From: an uncultured Clostridia bacterium
GTDB taxonomy: Bacteria > Bacillota > Clostridia > Christensenellales > Borkfalkiaceae
Direction of reading: 5' to 3'
DNA: 64,000 bases
Assembly (NCBI GenBank): GCA_947624005.1
Contig: CANQHV010000007.1
Coordinates: 2,059 to 66,058, forward strand
Under the pieces are notes generated by a model. The model was not told the origin of the DNA. It saw only the letters and a list, made by a program, of their open reading frames with translations, and made no database searches. A program made the translations under genes and the position numbers. The first letter of the stretch is position 1; the number at the start of each line of letters is the position of its first letter. Of the stretch, positions 8,039-16,546 are shown piece after piece.

Positions 8039-10599
8039 TTTTTCACCTTTTCGACCAAATCGCCGACAAGCAGAAACGCCTGCATAGGCGACAGATTGTT
8101 CAAGTCAACTTCCGAAAGTATTTTTTCAACTTCGGTAGGCTGTTCTTCCACGACTTCCTCGGCGGGCTTGGGAACGCCGCCGTTTTCTACAAGTTTAAGA
8201 ATTTCCTTTGCCCTGTCGGTTACGGTCGCTGGTACGCCCGCAAGCGAAGCGACTTCGATACCGAAACTTCTGTTTGCGCCGCCGCGCATTATTTTTCGGA
8301 GGAAAACCACCCCGCCGTTTATCTCTTTTACGGCGATTTTATAGTTTTTTACGCCTTGAAGTTTGTTTTCGAGTTCGGTTAGCTCGTGATAGTGCGTAGC
8401 AAACATTGTTTTCGCGCCTATTCTGTTTGTAATGTCCTCGATAACCGCCCACGCGATGCTTAAACCGTCGTAAGTACTCGTGCCGCGCCCAACTTCGTCC
8501 AAAATAAGAAAGCTGTTTTTTGTGGCGTTTCTTAAAATCGAAGCCACCTCTATCATTTCAACCATAAAAGTGCTTTGGTCGGAAATAAGGTTGTCGCTTG
8601 CGCCTACGCGGGTAAAAATTCTGTCCAAAACGGGTATTTGCGCCGCTTTTGCGGGCACAAAAGACCCGAGATGCGCCATTATACAGATAAGCGCGGTCTG
8701 GCGCATATATGTACTTTTGCCCGCCATATTGGGTCCCGTGATTATCATTGTCCGATTTTCGCCTTCGTCTAAAAGCGTATCGTTGGCGATAAATCTTTCG
8801 GACGAAATCTGTTCGATTACGGGGTGCCTGCCCTCGCTTATTTTAAGCGGTTCGCCGCTTGCGACAATCGTGGGGCGGACATAGCGGTTCGATTTGGCAA
8901 TCTCGGCAAAACAGCATAACAAGTCGAGCGCGGCGATTGCCTCGGAAATCTTCTTCAACTTTGCAATATTGTCGGAAAGCACCGATTTTATACTTTCGTA
9001 AAGCTCCGTTTCGAGTTTTACCGACAATTCTTCGCTTGAAAGTATTTTGCTTTCGAGCTCTTTGAGTTCTTCGGTAGAATATCTTTCGGCGTTCGAAAGC
9101 GTTTGGCGGCGTTGATAATGGGTCGGTACTTTGTCTTTAAACGACTTCGAAACCTCGATATAGTAACCGAAAACGCGATTGTATTTTATTTTGAGCGTGC
9201 GTATGTTTGTTACGTCGCGCTCCCTTGCCTCCATTTCGGTAATAAGGCTTGTTCCGCTTTTTTTGATTTTACGCAGTTCGTCAAGTCGCGCGTTATACCC
9301 GTCTTTTATTACCAACCCCTCTTTAAGCGTAGGGGGCGCGTCCTCGGAAATCGCGCTGAAAATAAGCTTGGCGACGTCGGAAAGGTCGAAAAGTCCCGCC
9401 GCGACGTCGCTTAAAATTTTCGAGTTAAAGCCCGAAAGTTTGAATCTTAAATCGGGCAAGTGCGAAAGCGAGCGCGCAAGCGAAATACAGTCGCGCGGAG
9501 TGACGTTGCCGTTGCTTATTCTGCCCGATATCCTTTCAATGTCGCTTATGTCTTTAAGTACGTCGATAACGGCAAGACGGACAACCGTCGCGTTGAACAG
9601 CTCTTCCACCCCGTCAAGGCGATAATTTATGTCGTCCGCCCGTCCGAAAGGCGAAATTACCGAATTTTTCAATAATCTCGCGCCCATAGACGTGCTTGTC
9701 TTGTCAAGCAACCACAAAAGCGAACCGTACTTTTTCCCGCCGCCGATAGATTGAAGTATTTCGAGATTTTTTATCGCCGTCGGGTCTAGTTGCAGGTACT
9801 TTTCGTTGACCGAATACTGCACGTTGTCGATATTTTTAAGAGCGTGCTTTTGCGTTTCTTTAAGATAGTCCAAAAGCGCGCCCGTCGCGCAGATTGCCGC
9901 GCGTTTTTCAGAAATCGGGTATGCGGAAAGCGTTTTTGCATTGAACTGTTCAAGCGTTCTTCTTTCCGCGGCGGCGTAATTGAACGCGGTCGCGGGATAG
10001 CTTGAAAAGTGCGGCAAAATCTGCTTTTTTACTTCCCGCTCGTCTTTCGAGGCAAATATCATTTCGTCGTTTGCGATAATTTCCCTTACTTGAAGATTCG
10101 CCATTTTTTCAATAGCTTTCGCAACGCAGTTTTCGCCGTAAAATTCCGTCGCCGTCAACTGACCCGTCGTAATGTCCGCCCAAACTACCGCAACGCAGTC
10201 GCCCTCTTTGTATACGCAACAAATATAGTTGTTTTCGCGCGAATCGAGCGATTCGTCCGCAATAACCGTACCCGCGGAAACGACCCTTACGACTTCACGC
10301 ATAACCATTCCTTTTGCCGTCGCGGGGTCTTCCATCTGTTCGCATATCGCAACCTTTTTGCCGAGAGAAACAAGTTTGGCTATGTACGTTTCCGCCGCGT
10401 GATAAGGTATGCCGCACATGGGCGCGCGCTCCGTCAGCCCGCAATCTTTGCCCGTCAAGGTCAAATCGAGCAGTTTCGAAGCATCTACCGCGTCGTCGAA
10501 AAACATTTCGTAAAAGTCGCCGAGGCGGTAAAAAACTATGCAGTCTTTGTACTTTTCTTTAACACCGATATAGTGTTGCATCATTGGCGTCAAACCCAT
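8026..10599 (-). CDS. mutS: DNA mismatch repair protein MutS
   Basis: 857 aa with MTPMMQHY, Walker A GPNMAGKST, DEVGRGTSTYDG and THYHEL. Confidence 0.97.
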   Translation of the reverse strand: MGLTPMMQHYIGVKEKYKDCIVFYRLGDFYEMFFDDAVDASKLLDLTLTGKDCGLTERAPMCGIPYHAAETYIAKLVSLGKKVAICEQMEDPATAKGMVMREVVRVVSAGTVIADESLDSRENNYICCVYKEGDCVAVVWADITTGQLTATEFYGENCVAKAIEKMANLQVREIIANDEMIFASKDEREVKKQILPHFSSYPATAFNYAAAERRTLEQFNAKTLSAYPISEKRAAICATGALLDYLKETQKHALKNIDNVQYSVNEKYLQLDPTAIKNLEILQSIGGGKKYGSLLWLLDKTSTSMGARLLKNSVISPFGRADDINYRLDGVEELFNATVVRLAVIDVLKDISDIERISGRISNGNVTPRDCISLARSLSHLPDLRFKLSGFNSKILSDVAAGLFDLSDVAKLIFSAISEDAPPTLKEGLVIKDGYNARLDELRKIKKSGTSLITEMEARERDVTNIRTLKIKYNRVFGYYIEVSKSFKDKVPTHYQRRQTLSNAERYSTEELKELESKILSSEELSVKLETELYESIKSVLSDNIAKLKKISEAIAALDLLCCFAEIAKSNRYVRPTIVASGEPLKISEGRHPVIEQISSERFIANDTLLDEGENRTMIITGPNMAGKSTYMRQTALICIMAHLGSFVPAKAAQIPVLDRIFTRVGASDNLISDQSTFMVEMIEVASILRNATKNSFLILDEVGRGTSTYDGLSIAWAVIEDITNRIGAKTMFATHYHELTELENKLQGVKNYKIAVKEINGGVVFLRKIMRGGANRSFGIEVASLAGVPATVTDRAKEILKLVENGGVPKPAEEVVEEQPTEVEKILSEVDLNNLSPMQAFLLVGDLVEKVKKWER

Positions 10600-10600
10600 T

Positions 10601-11917
10601 TCAGTGCATTAACTCCCCCATCAGCGAAACTCCGTTTGCATCGAAAATTTTTATATCGACAAATTCGCCTATAAGATTTTTATCGCTTTTGAAATAGCCC
10701 ATTCTTCCGTACTCGTCGCGACCGAGATAACATTTTTTCTTTTCATCGTATCCCTCGCACAATATTTCGACTGTCTTTCCGATATATGTTTTAGAAATCT
10801 CGCGAGTCTGCGCGTTTACAAGTTCGACAAGGCGCATAATTCTGTCTTTCGAAACCTCGTCCGAAACCTGATTTTTCATTCTTGCGGCAACCGTCCCCTC
10901 GCGCGGGGAATATACGAAAGTAAACGCAGACGAAAATCCCGCTTCTTTGACAAGGCTTAACGTATTCAGAAATTGTTCTTCCGTTTCGCCCGGGAAACCG
11001 ACAATTATATCGGTTGTTACCGCGCAGTCGGGAACGTATTTTTTCAGAACCGCAAGCTTTTCGAGATAGTCGGAACGCGTGTATTTGCGGTTCATTGCTT
11101 TTAAAATATCGTCGTCGCCGCTTTGCACGGGCAAATGCACAAGGTTGCATATTTTACCGTTGCGCGCGATTACTTTTGCAAGCTCTTCCGAAAAGTCTTT
11201 GGGGTGGCTGGTCATAAACCTCAATCTGAATTTGCCCCCGATATTTGCGACTTTTTCCAAAAGTCCGTAAAAGGGCATACCCGTTTCGGGGTCGCGGTAA
11301 GAGTTTACATTCTGCCCCAAAAGCGTTATTTCTTTATACCCCGCGCGGACAAGTTCCTCCGCCTCTTGTAAAATATCGTCGGCTTTTCTGCTGCGTTCGC
11401 GCCCGCGGACGTACGGCACAATGCAGTAAGTGCAGAAATTGTTACAGCCGTATGTAATATTTATCCAAGCGTTCGGGTAGCTTGTACGCAGAATTTTATC
11501 TTCTTCGCAAATCGGACCCTCACTTTCGTCGATTTCAATTACGGGCTTTTTCGAATGCTGTTTGGCAAAAAGCATATCGCGAAGCCTATTCAGATTGTGC
11601 GTACCGAAAATTATATCGACAAACGGAAATTTTCTGTGCAGAATTTCGGCTTTGCCTATCTGTTGGGGAAGACAGCCGCCCACGGCGATAATCATATCTT
11701 TTTTGCGTGCTTTCAGCTTTTTAAGCATACCGATATTCCCGAAAGCGTGATTTTCGGCGTTTTCGCGTATACAACAAGTATTGAAAACCGCCACGTCCGC
11801 TTGTTCGATATCGTCGCAACTTTCGTAACCGAGGTCGGAAAGAATGCCCGCGATTTTTTCCGATTCGTGGACGTTCATCTGACAGCCGTAAGTTGTTATA
11901 TGGTAAAATTTCGACAT
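10601..11917 (-). CDS. miaB: tRNA-i6A37 methylthiotransferase MiaB
   Basis: TYGCQMN in the N-terminal UPF0004 domain, radical-SAM CNNFCTYCIVP, and a C-terminal TRAM domain. I prefer the ATG at 11917 (MSKFYHITTYGCQMN). The ORF is open up to 11965. Confidence 0.9.
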   Translation of the reverse strand: MSKFYHITTYGCQMNVHESEKIAGILSDLGYESCDDIEQADVAVFNTCCIRENAENHAFGNIGMLKKLKARKKDMIIAVGGCLPQQIGKAEILHRKFPFVDIIFGTHNLNRLRDMLFAKQHSKKPVIEIDESEGPICEEDKILRTSYPNAWINITYGCNNFCTYCIVPYVRGRERSRKADDILQEAEELVRAGYKEITLLGQNVNSYRDPETGMPFYGLLEKVANIGGKFRLRFMTSHPKDFSEELAKVIARNGKICNLVHLPVQSGDDDILKAMNRKYTRSDYLEKLAVLKKYVPDCAVTTDIIVGFPGETEEQFLNTLSLVKEAGFSSAFTFVYSPREGTVAARMKNQVSDEVSKDRIMRLVELVNAQTREISKTYIGKTVEILCEGYDEKKKCYLGRDEYGRMGYFKSDKNLIGEFVDIKIFDANGVSLMGELMH

Positions 11918-12009
11918 ATTAATCTTCTCATAGAAGATTATACAGTTTTTACGAATTTTTTTCAACTTGTTTGCAACAAATATTTAATTTTATAAATACT
12001 AAATTTAAG

Positions 12010-14232
12010 ATGAAAAAGACGTTGAAAGTCCTTGCAATCGTTGCGCTTACATTAATAATACTTTTTTTGTGCCTTTTATTGACGTTCGCGATTATTACGG
12101 GCGGAGCAAAACTTGACGAAAACAAACTTATAAAACCGTCGCAAACGCTTGTTATCTGCGACGAAGACGGAAATCAGATTACCTCCGTTTCTTTGGGCGG
12201 CAAAGAAAGCGTAAAATTGGCGGACCTTGACAAAAATACCGTAAACGCCTTTATCGCTTCGGAAGACAGAACGTTTTATAAGCACGGCGGACTGAACTAT
12301 AAGCGAATGGTTAAAGCGCTGTTCAAAAATATAAAGTCGGGGTCGTTTAAAGAGGGCGCTTCCACCATAAGTCAGCAGTTGATAAAAAATACGCATCTTA
12401 CGGGCGACAAGACGATTAAACGCAAACTGAAAGAAATAAAACTTACTAAACAGCTTGAAAGCAGATATTCCAAAGACGAAATCCTCGAAATGTATCTTAA
12501 TACCATTTATTTCGGGCACAACTGCTACGGTTTGCAAAGCGCGGCGCATTTTTACTTCGATAAGCCCGCAGAAGAACTAACGCTTACCGACAGCGCGACA
12601 ATCGTCGGGCTTTTGGCGTCGCCGAACAACTACTCTCCATTTAAAAATCCCGAAAAGTGCCTGACCCGCAGAAATATCGTTCTTAAAGCTATGCGCGAAT
12701 GCGGTTATATAAGCGAAAATGAGTTCGAAAGCGCAAAAAAAAGCCCTTTGAACGCTGTAAAAGGCGGGTCGGGGCAGTATTACGGTGATTATCTCGACGC
12801 CGTTTTCGACGAAATTGACAATATCGACCTCAATTTTTACAGCCTCGGTAACGGCGATAAAATCGTAACCTACCTTAACTCGGATATGCAGGAATTTATC
12901 GAAAGCCTTGATTACGGGTGCGATAATTCGGTTGTTGTCACTGATAACCGCTCGGGCGGCGTTATCGCATACAAATCGACAATCGGAGGCGCAAAAAGGC
13001 AACCGGGTTCAACTATAAAACCCCTCGTCTGCTACGCTCCCGCAATAGAAGAAAAACAGATTTCGCCTTTTACTAAAATTCCCGACGAAAAAATCGACTA
13101 CAACGGCTATTCACCCGAAAATTTCGATAAAAAATATCACGGTATGGTCACCGTGACCGAGAGTCTTAAAAAAAGTTACAATATTCCCGCCGTAAAAACT
13201 TTAAATGCCTTAACGATTGCAAAAGCCGAAAAATACCTGAATCTTATGGGAATTTCGCTTGAAAACGACGAAAAAAACCTTTCTCTCGCGCTCGGCGGTA
13301 TGAAATACGGTTTAAGCCTTAAAGAACTTACGGATAAATATACCGTTTTTGCCGACGGCGGCATATACAGACCGTCGAGGTTCGTAAAAGAAATAGTTTC
13401 CGACGGCGGTAAAACAATTTACAAGTCCGAAGCGCAAAAAACCCGCGTATTTTCAGACGGCACCGCCTCGCTTATGAACGGAATGCTTGAAGAAACGGCA
13501 AAAACAGGCACGGCAAAAGCGCTTAACTCCCTTAATTTCGACGTAGCGGCAAAAACGGGAACTTGCGGAAACTCGGAAGGCAACACCGACGCCTATGCCG
13601 TCGGCTACACGTCGGAAAATACGGTCGGAGTATGGCTCGGCGACAAAGACAACGCCCGAACTGACGTTACGGGCGGCGGGGAAGCGTGCGACAAACTTTT
13701 AAAAACGCTTGAAAAACTGTATGCGGAAAAAATACCCGCCCCTCTCGATACCGAAAGCGGAACGGCAACTGTAAAAATTGACGCGGGAGAATACGCGGAC
13801 AATAATCGGGTTATTTTGGCTGACGATAACTCACCGCTTTATAACATTTTATCGGTAAAGGTTTTAAAGGGCAACGAGCCTGTCGAAAAATCAAACAAGT
13901 TTTCAAAGCCCCAAATAAAATCGCCTTCGATATCGGTCAAAGATAATACCGTTACGATACAATTATGTCAGGCGATGTACTATTCATATTTGATAAAAAG
14001 GGGGTTAAACGGGCAATTTGAGCAGATTTACGACGGAAAATGGAAAGAAAGCATTTCCGATACGCCGAGCGGCGGAAGATACACTTACACCGTTACTCCC
14101 TACTTCAAATCGGGCGATAAAACCTTTTTCGGCAACGAAGTGGTTTTGCCCGACGTAACGGTAAACGCTTCGGGTTCCTCCCCTCAAGTAAAAATTCCCG
14201 ATATAATAGAAAAAGATTGGTTCGACCTGTAA
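12010..14232 (+). CDS. class A penicillin-binding protein (glycosyltransferase + transpeptidase)
   Basis: N-terminal TM helix, GT51 motifs EDRTFYKHGG and GASTISQQL, transpeptidase STIKP and KTGT. Start chosen at MKKTLKVL (12010). Confidence 0.9.
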   Translation: MKKTLKVLAIVALTLIILFLCLLLTFAIITGGAKLDENKLIKPSQTLVICDEDGNQITSVSLGGKESVKLADLDKNTVNAFIASEDRTFYKHGGLNYKRMVKALFKNIKSGSFKEGASTISQQLIKNTHLTGDKTIKRKLKEIKLTKQLESRYSKDEILEMYLNTIYFGHNCYGLQSAAHFYFDKPAEELTLTDSATIVGLLASPNNYSPFKNPEKCLTRRNIVLKAMRECGYISENEFESAKKSPLNAVKGGSGQYYGDYLDAVFDEIDNIDLNFYSLGNGDKIVTYLNSDMQEFIESLDYGCDNSVVVTDNRSGGVIAYKSTIGGAKRQPGSTIKPLVCYAPAIEEKQISPFTKIPDEKIDYNGYSPENFDKKYHGMVTVTESLKKSYNIPAVKTLNALTIAKAEKYLNLMGISLENDEKNLSLALGGMKYGLSLKELTDKYTVFADGGIYRPSRFVKEIVSDGGKTIYKSEAQKTRVFSDGTASLMNGMLEETAKTGTAKALNSLNFDVAAKTGTCGNSEGNTDAYAVGYTSENTVGVWLGDKDNARTDVTGGGEACDKLLKTLEKLYAEKIPAPLDTESGTATVKIDAGEYADNNRVILADDNSPLYNILSVKVLKGNEPVEKSNKFSKPQIKSPSISVKDNTVTIQLCQAMYYSYLIKRGLNGQFEQIYDGKWKESISDTPSGGRYTYTVTPYFKSGDKTFFGNEVVLPDVTVNASGSSPQVKIPDIIEKDWFDL

Positions 14233-14236
14233 CTTT

Positions 14237-14270
14237 AAAGGCGCGCGAAGAATACGCGCGCCTTTTTATA
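14237..14270. terminator. bidirectional terminator between the PBP gene and thiI
   Basis: aaaggcgcgcg (14237..14247) pairs with cgcgcgccttt (14255..14265). T-run on the plus strand. It directly abuts the thiI stop codon. Confidence 0.75.
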
Positions 14271-15417
14271 TACTCAATATTTCGGAAGTCTTTAACGCCT
14301 CGTCCACAAGATAATCTGCGTCGAGCTTGCTTTCTTCTTCCTCGATGTCTTTACGTTGCGGTCTGATTGCAGGGTGTTTGGGAAGAAATACCGTGCAACA
14401 GTCTTCGAAAGGTTGTATTGAAGTTTCGTACGTTCCTATCTTGCGCGACCTTTCGATAATTTCGTCTTTATCGAAACCGCATAAAGGTCTTAAAACGGGT
14501 AACGTTACAACGCTGTTCGACGAGGTCATACCCTCTATCGTCTGGCTTGCGACCTGCCCGAGGCTTTCGCCCGTTATCAGACACTGTAAACCGTTGCGAA
14601 TTGCAATCTTTTGCGCAATCCTCATCATAAAACGCCTTAAAAGAGTGACCATATACTCGGGATTGCAATTTTTATGAATTTCTTCCTGTATATGAGTTAC
14701 GGACACAATGTAAAGTTTTGTACTGCCCGTGAATTTCGACAAAAGCTTTGTAAGTTCTATAACCTTATCCCGCGCCTGTAAATTGGTATACGGGTAGCTG
14801 TGAAAATGTATGCAGTCCACCTCCATACCTCGGCGCGCTATCATATGTCCAGCCACGGGGCTGTCGATACCGCCCGAAATCAATAAAAGCCCTTTGCCCG
14901 CAGTTCCGACAGGCATACCGCCCGCGCCTTTTATGAATTTACCGAACACGAACGCGGTTCCGTTTTCGCGCAAATCTATATTTATCGTAAATTGCGGATT
15001 ATGGACGTCAACTTTAAGGTTGTGATTGTAATCAAGAAGTCTGCCGCCTATTTCCGCGCTTATTTGCATTGAATTTAAGGGAAAAGTTTTGTCCGCGCGG
15101 TGAGTTTCGATTTTAAATGTTCCCTCGCTTTCGCTTACCTTACATACCGCGGCAAAAATTTTATCTGTGTCGCAAGCCGTTTTAAGACCTACGCTTAAAG
15201 AATGTATGCCGAACACTTTCAGAAGCCGCGAAACTATTGCATCTTCGTCGTCCTCGTCGAAATTTTCTATAAGATATCTTCCGCTTTGCCGCCTAATTTC
15301 GTGTTTGATTCCGCGCAATGATTTTTCGATATTAATACAGAATGCGCGTTCGAAAAATCCGCGGTTATTTCCCTTTAAATGTATTTCGGCATATCTGATT
15401 ATGATTACTTTTTCCAT
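14266..15417 (-). CDS. thiI: tRNA 4-thiouridine synthase ThiI
   Basis: THUMP-type N-terminus (IIRYAEIHLKGNNR) and PP-loop SGGIDSPVA. Start taken at MEKVIIIRY (15417), 1 nt after the preceding stop. No rhodanese domain. Confidence 0.9.
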   Translation of the reverse strand: MEKVIIIRYAEIHLKGNNRGFFERAFCINIEKSLRGIKHEIRRQSGRYLIENFDEDDEDAIVSRLLKVFGIHSLSVGLKTACDTDKIFAAVCKVSESEGTFKIETHRADKTFPLNSMQISAEIGGRLLDYNHNLKVDVHNPQFTINIDLRENGTAFVFGKFIKGAGGMPVGTAGKGLLLISGGIDSPVAGHMIARRGMEVDCIHFHSYPYTNLQARDKVIELTKLLSKFTGSTKLYIVSVTHIQEEIHKNCNPEYMVTLLRRFMMRIAQKIAIRNGLQCLITGESLGQVASQTIEGMTSSNSVVTLPVLRPLCGFDKDEIIERSRKIGTYETSIQPFEDCCTVFLPKHPAIRPQRKDIEEEESKLDADYLVDEALKTSEILSI

Positions 15418-15418
15418 A

Positions 15419-16546
15419 TTATTCCATAATAGATTTTCTGTTTTTTGCTGTAAAATTGAGTATTTCGGCGGCTTTTTGAACTTCTTCAAGGCTGTTTTCG
15501 GGCGAAAAGCTTATTCTCAATACGCCGTCGGCAACACTTTCGGGCTGTCCGCAAGCGAGAATTACGCGCGAATAACGTTTTTTATCGTTTGACGAACACG
15601 CCGCCCCGTTACCTATTACCAACCCCTTGTCGTCGCACTCGTGCACAAGCGTTTCGCCGCGCAAGCCGACTGCGGAAACGGTCAGAATATACGGCGAGCC
15701 GTTTGCGGGGGAAATTATTCTGAAAACGTTTTTATCAAGACTGTCCGAAAGACGTTTTTTCAACTCGGAAACATACGCGAAAGCTTTATCGAGTATTGCG
15801 TAACGTTTAAGCGCCGCAAATTCGAAATCTTTTATCGCAAAAACATTTTCGGTGCCGCTACGTAAACCGCTTTCTTGCCCGCCGCCGAAAATAAACGGCT
15901 TCAAAACCAAATTTTTACGCTTGAACAGCGCGCCGCAACCTTTTATTCCGCCGATTTTATGCGCGCTGACTGAATACAGGTCGATATTCCTCGAAAGAGT
16001 AAACGCGAATTTTCCGAATGCCTGCACGCCGTCGGAATGAAACAGAGTATACTTATTCTTTGCTTTGACCGCGGCGGCTATTTTGTTGATATCGTTAATT
16101 GCGCCCGTTTCGTTGCTTGCGTGAATTACCGACACCAACGAAGTTTTTTCGTCGATAAGCTTTACAAGTTCGTCCGAATTGACCGAACCATCCCGATTGA
16201 GCGGTGCAAACCGTACGTCCAAACCGCGCTGTTTAAGCTCGTTCGCGGCGGCAAAAATCGCCGAATGTTCGCCGAGCGTCGTAACGACGTTCCCGCGTTT
16301 CCCGCCGCAAAACAACGCTTGATTATCCGCTTCGGTGCCACAAGAAGTAAAAATCAGTCCGAAATTTTCGCTGTCGGCTATTGTAGAGATTATATTTTCT
16401 TTTGCCGAAGCAAGCTCCTTGTGTAAATTATAACCTCCCGCGTACACGGCGGAAGGATTATAATAATCGGTATACAGATATTTTTCGGCCTTTTTCAAAC
16501 ATTCCTCGTCGGGTTTGGTTGTCGCCGCATTATCCAAATATATCAT
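15419..16546 (-). CDS. cysteine desulfurase (NifS/IscS family), ThiI partner
   Basis: 375 aa with MIYLDNAATT, the PLP lysine in SAHKIGG and the catalytic Cys in GNGAACSS. Its ATG overlaps the carB-ORF stop as TGATG. Confidence 0.9.
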   Translation of the reverse strand: MIYLDNAATTKPDEECLKKAEKYLYTDYYNPSAVYAGGYNLHKELASAKENIISTIADSENFGLIFTSCGTEADNQALFCGGKRGNVVTTLGEHSAIFAAANELKQRGLDVRFAPLNRDGSVNSDELVKLIDEKTSLVSVIHASNETGAINDINKIAAAVKAKNKYTLFHSDGVQAFGKFAFTLSRNIDLYSVSAHKIGGIKGCGALFKRKNLVLKPFIFGGGQESGLRSGTENVFAIKDFEFAALKRYAILDKAFAYVSELKKRLSDSLDKNVFRIISPANGSPYILTVSAVGLRGETLVHECDDKGLVIGNGAACSSNDKKRYSRVILACGQPESVADGVLRISFSPENSLEEVQKAAEILNFTAKNRKSIME

